From NCBI RefSeq assembly GCF_037042905.1, contig NC_087251.1, forward strand, positions 44,268,001-44,332,000: a stretch of 64,000 nt of DNA, written 5' to 3'. Positions 59,610-64,000 of this stretch are shown in pieces. Position 1 is the stretch's first letter, and each line of letters starts with the position of its first letter. This stretch comes from Lytechinus pictus. Taxonomy: Eukaryota. The notes below the pieces were generated by a model. That model was not told the origin of the DNA and searched no databases. It was given only the letters and a program-made list of their open reading frames with translations. Position numbers and translations under genes: made by a program.

Positions 59610-60870
59610 CAAGAAGAAAGAGAGGGATAGATGGAGGACGGAGGAGAGAGGGAATGAGAGAGTGAGTAGATGAGAAAGGGAGGGAGATAAAGAGGACAAA
59701 GATGAGGGACAGACGGAGATATAGAGGAGAAAGCAAGGGAAGATACAGAAGAGATAGAGAAAGCAAAACAGAGAGAGAGAGAGATAGAGGTAGATAGGAG
59801 TAGGACATGTGATGAGCAATCTTCTTATTATTACTACCAGCAAAGGGGTGAGAGGAGGATGGATGGAAAGGGAGACAGAGGATTGAGAGAAAGCAACAGA
59901 GAGAGAGAGATAGAGGCAAACTGGATGATATGTGACGAGCATTATAACATGTACTTCTCATTACTACTGGCCAAGGAGAAAGAGGGGGATAGATGGAAGA
60001 TGAAGGATATCAAGGATGGAGAGAGAGCAAGAGAAAGATAGAGAAAGGGATAGAGGAAGACTGGATGATATGTGATGAGCAGTCTCCACGTTACTTCTGA
60101 CGGAGAGAGAGATAGATAGAGGACAGAGGAGATACAGAGAAAGAAAGACAGAGGATGATAGAGGCAGACTGGATGATATGTGATGAGCTGTCTCCACGTT
60201 ACTTCTGACGTAGGAGAGAGAGATAGATAAATGGAGGGCAGAGGAGATACAGAGAAAGAAAGACAGAGGGAGATTGAGGAAGACTGGATGATATATGATG
60301 AGCAGTCTCCACGTTACTTCTGACGTAGGAGAGAGAGATAGATAAATGGAGGGCAGAGGAGATACAGAGAGAGAAAGACAGAGGGAGATAGAAGCAGACT
60401 GGATATGTGATGAGCAGTCTCCACATTACTTCTGACGTAGGAGAGAGAGAGGGAGAGACAGATGGAGGGCAGAGGAGATACAGAGAAAGAAAGAAAGAGG
60501 GAGACTGGATAATATGTGATGAGCAGTCTCCACGTTACTTCTGATGTAGGAGAGAGAGAGAGAGATGGAGGGCAGAGGAGATACAGAGAAAGAAAGACAG
60601 GGAGACTGGATGATATGTGATGAGCAGTCTCCATGTTACTTCTGACATAGGAGAGAGAGATAGATAAATGGAGGGCAGAGGAGATACATAGAAAGAAAGA
60701 CAGAGGGAGACTGGATGATACATGTATGTGATGAGCAGTCTCCATGTTACTTCTGACGTAGGAGAGAGAGAGAGAGAGAGATGGAGGGCAGAGGAGATAC
60801 AGAGAAAGAACGAGATAGAGGCAGACTGGATGATATGTGATGAGCAATCTTCTTCTTCTCATTACTACTG
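59610..60870. repeat. GA-rich minisatellite, ~110-130-bp unit, about 9-10 copies
   Basis: Core gactggatgatatgtgatgagcagtctccacgttacttctgacgtagg separated by (GA)n tracts. Confidence 0.9.
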
Positions 60871-62221
60871 GCACACATCCAATATCTTGCATACTACATG
60901 TAAATGTGTAGCATGTATGTATGTATGGGATGATGAAGCCGCGACGGCAATAGATTGATTGGAGTGAGATTCACTCCCAGGGATGCTGCCCGGAGCCAGG
61001 GGCTAGTTTCAGTTTCTTTCCCAGAAACCATAGTAAAATCCCTAAACAAAGAAAACGACACTCAAATTTCATGCGAAAGGGCAGGAGGGGACGCACTTGT
61101 AGTATGGCAGGCTCGCTGGTCGAGAGACAGCAGAATATCAAACTGCTTGCTTGTGCTAGATCTCGCCTCAGTGGTGTATCAGTTGTGAATGAAGTGAGTT
61201 TTAGTGGGTACAGGTGGTTTAAGGTTTTATAGAAAAGTTCTACAAGGGGCTTCACTCTGACTATTGGTTTGTTATATTATGAGAGCAGGAAAATAATGAT
61301 CAAAATAATAAAATTACAAACTGCCAATGGCGGCATAAATACAAAGTTTAATCCCAGAATCATGAACATTAATTGCCATCAGTTAATGTCTGCAAAGAGG
61401 AATTACAAATTTATTGCCAATATTCTTACCCTATTCAAAGAGGAAAATTAGCTTTGACCTAAATATATACATGAAAAACAAGAGTCAAACATATTTCATT
61501 GGAACCATTGCCATGATATTCAATTTCTAAGCAAACTTTGGGCCATGAAATGTATAGATGAAAAAATCACAATCAATTTGTAAAATCAAAAAATACAAAA
61601 TTATATATACTACTTTGTATGATAATGGTAATTCTAGCAGAAATAACTCAAAGAGCAGCTTTTTGATTTGGTTGGGTATCATTTTCAATCCTGATGAAAT
61701 GAAAATGTGCAAAAACAAAATTGTGTTTTATGAACAAAATTAATCATCAACAAAACCAAAACGTTCTTTAAATGCAACTCCATCTTTCATATCTCTTGAA
61801 TGGACTAAGGTATTTAATACTCTCAAGGAAATGAAGAACAGAAATTAATTCAAATTGATTTCACAAACGCTCTGATATGGAAAAAAGGTAGTTACACTGT
61901 CAGCCACAACACTGTTCTCCAAGAAGGCGAGAGTACAATTCAAACATTTGGTAAGAAAGGGAAAACCCCTACATTTCTCTCCAATCTAGTAGCTGCCCTG
62001 GAATTTCTCTAATTACGTATTCTACATTCTGGTCAGCAAAACATTCTGCTCATTTTTGTGCTATTGATACAGATTATGTAACATTGTAGATAATGCTACA
62101 ACAGAATTCATAACAAAATATGTATTACAAAGGTTAGAGAGATCAATTTATCTAGTTAATCTATTTCAAACACCCTTCTAACTGTTCTAAGCTTAGATTA
62201 GAAAAGCTTTCTTAAAGACCT

Positions 62222-62429
62222 GGGGGGTGTTTCACAAAGACAAAGATTTAAGTATGACTTAAATCGCTAACGCGTATCTGAAATGCAACGCGCAATGTAA
62301 TTGATCAATATGCAGTAGTGCACGTCCTCTTCGCATGATCTGACCAATGCGGTCATGCCTTTTCAAATGCCGCAACTAGGCATTTAAGTGCGACTCTAAG
62401 TCATACTTAAATCTTTGTGAAACACCCCC
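62222..62429. mobile_element. MITE, with a relative at ~1457-1690
   Basis: TIR gggggtgtttcacaaaga / tctttgtgaaacaccccc. Confidence 0.8.
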
Positions 62430-63759
62430 TGGGGGCATTTCATGAAACAAATAGTGATTTTTACTAACTATTGTTATAAGCTACTATAAACCTTTCTATC
62501 TGATTGGCTGAAAGCAAAGTAATCGACAAAAATCACAGAAAAAACTTTTCATGAATGTTCCCAGCATAATTACAATCAAGTAGGTAATGTTCCTATCGAG
62601 ATGCAGAGCAAAGTACATTTAACAATTTTCTTCTTTCAGAATAAAAATGAATTTGTTATTAGTGCAGAACTTTGACCCATTAAAAAAAAATTCATGCTCG
62701 ATCATTTATTCTTATCACGGTGGGGGAAATGATATGTGCAAAATTGTGCATATACTTTAATCTGGGGGTACAAAAATAAGTCAGTTATAATACTTAGACC
62801 CATGCCACAACCCCACATGGACTTTAATTATAAAGGAATTTTACCACAAATGTTCATCTTATTAACAGTGAGCACATAATGTGGGGTTTAGGAGAGTAAG
62901 AAAGGAAGAAGTGAAGCAATGTGATGATTCATCAAGTTTTTTAAAGAGAAAGACGATGTCTTGAACATGTAGGAAGATTTGTCCTTTCCTTATATTTCTG
63001 AAAAATTATCATGCTACCCCATTATATCATTACATGGAGCCAACAATATGACATACTGAATCCACATTAATATTTTCTGAAAATATACATTTACTGAAAA
63101 ATATCAATTTCATATTGATAATCTTTATAATTTACTCTTTATTTCATAGAGTAATTTCATTCCTTTTTAGTCATTACAATATACAAACACAAACCTCCCC
63201 AATTAATAACCAAGGTTAAGAAAAAATGTTTCCAGGAAATTCAGACATTCCAAAACAAGCAGTGAATTTTTAGCTTTGCAAAATACCTGGAGCGTAGCAT
63301 GCAATTATTGCAGGATATTTTCTCAATACAAACGATGTGTCTGTCCTCGCAAGTGCAAATACATGCAAATGTACTTCTCTTTATTAATAATCTCTTCTGC
63401 AAATATGAAAGATTACTTAACTCTAAATATTTTTATTAATATTATTCTTAATCATTCTACATGTTTGACTACTGTCTAGACAAGGGTTTATGCTTTTTTT
63501 TTAATATCTCTATTAAAAAAGTTGAATATTGGTTTTGGGGTGGAGGTTGAAACAAACAGGTAAAATATAACTGAAAATTAATAAGCAAATGGACAATCCA
63601 TTCTCAAGTTGTTCAGTTGACAATTAAAAATGCTCCATAAGCAGGCCCTCACACCTCAGCAATCTTTAGGAAATAGAATAACTTATTAAATAGAAATGTA
63701 CAAATATCAGCATGGTTACTATGATACAAGTTCTGAGATTTTTCTGTCTGAGAAATGGT

Positions 63760-63920
63760 GGTAAATCACATGGTCATTCCTTAAAGCTGGTTTTTCTTTT
63801 CTAACCAAGTGATAGATGAGTGGAACAGTCTCCCAGAAGATGTAGTTACTGCTTGTTCAGTGATTGCATTTAATAGACTGGATAAGCATTGGGAGAAGAT
63901 TGCCTATGATTTTGAGTCAT
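63760..63920 (+). mobile_element. CR1-type LINE 3'-end fragment
   Basis: GHSLKL / FSNQVIDEWNSLPEDVVTACSV / RLDKHW. Confidence 0.65.
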
Positions 63921-64000
63921 TGTTGTGTGTTTTTCATGGAATTTTTTGCTGTCTACAATACCCCTGCCACCCCCCCCCCCTGCCAACACAAGTAGTGCAT

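Noticed and set aside
59532-60958. Repetitive Ser/Leu ORFs and a CRISPR-like repeat-spacer look
   Set aside because: Eukaryotic minisatellite. The 'spacers' are related GA tracts and there are no cas genes.

Overview
AT-rich animal genomic DNA. The repeat families look echinoderm or sea-urchin-like, which is an inference. The main feature is a minus-strand Son of sevenless (SOS) Ras/Rac GEF gene. I traced 25 coding exons from 55236 down to the stop at 23643. They give 3597 nt in frame (about 1198 aa): histone-fold C-terminal part, DH, PH, REM, CDC25 and a proline-rich tail. The first ~115 aa were not found and probably lie beyond 64000. One SOS intron (37603-38913) is a minor-spliceosome AT-AC intron. 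Two near-identical ~580-bp TTAA-flanked MITEs in opposite orientation bracket eight SOS exons, a geometry known to favour circRNA. Three SOS exon fragments have been locally re-copied into neighbouring introns, two of them with splice sites. The left 14 kb holds a 5'-truncated LINE, Harbinger and hAT transposase remnants, a decayed spliced gene with a duplicated exon, and a diverged ~80-bp array with conserved inverted arms around variable spacers. There are many MITEs, SINEs and microsatellites, a GA-rich minisatellite and one 270-nt assembly gap.
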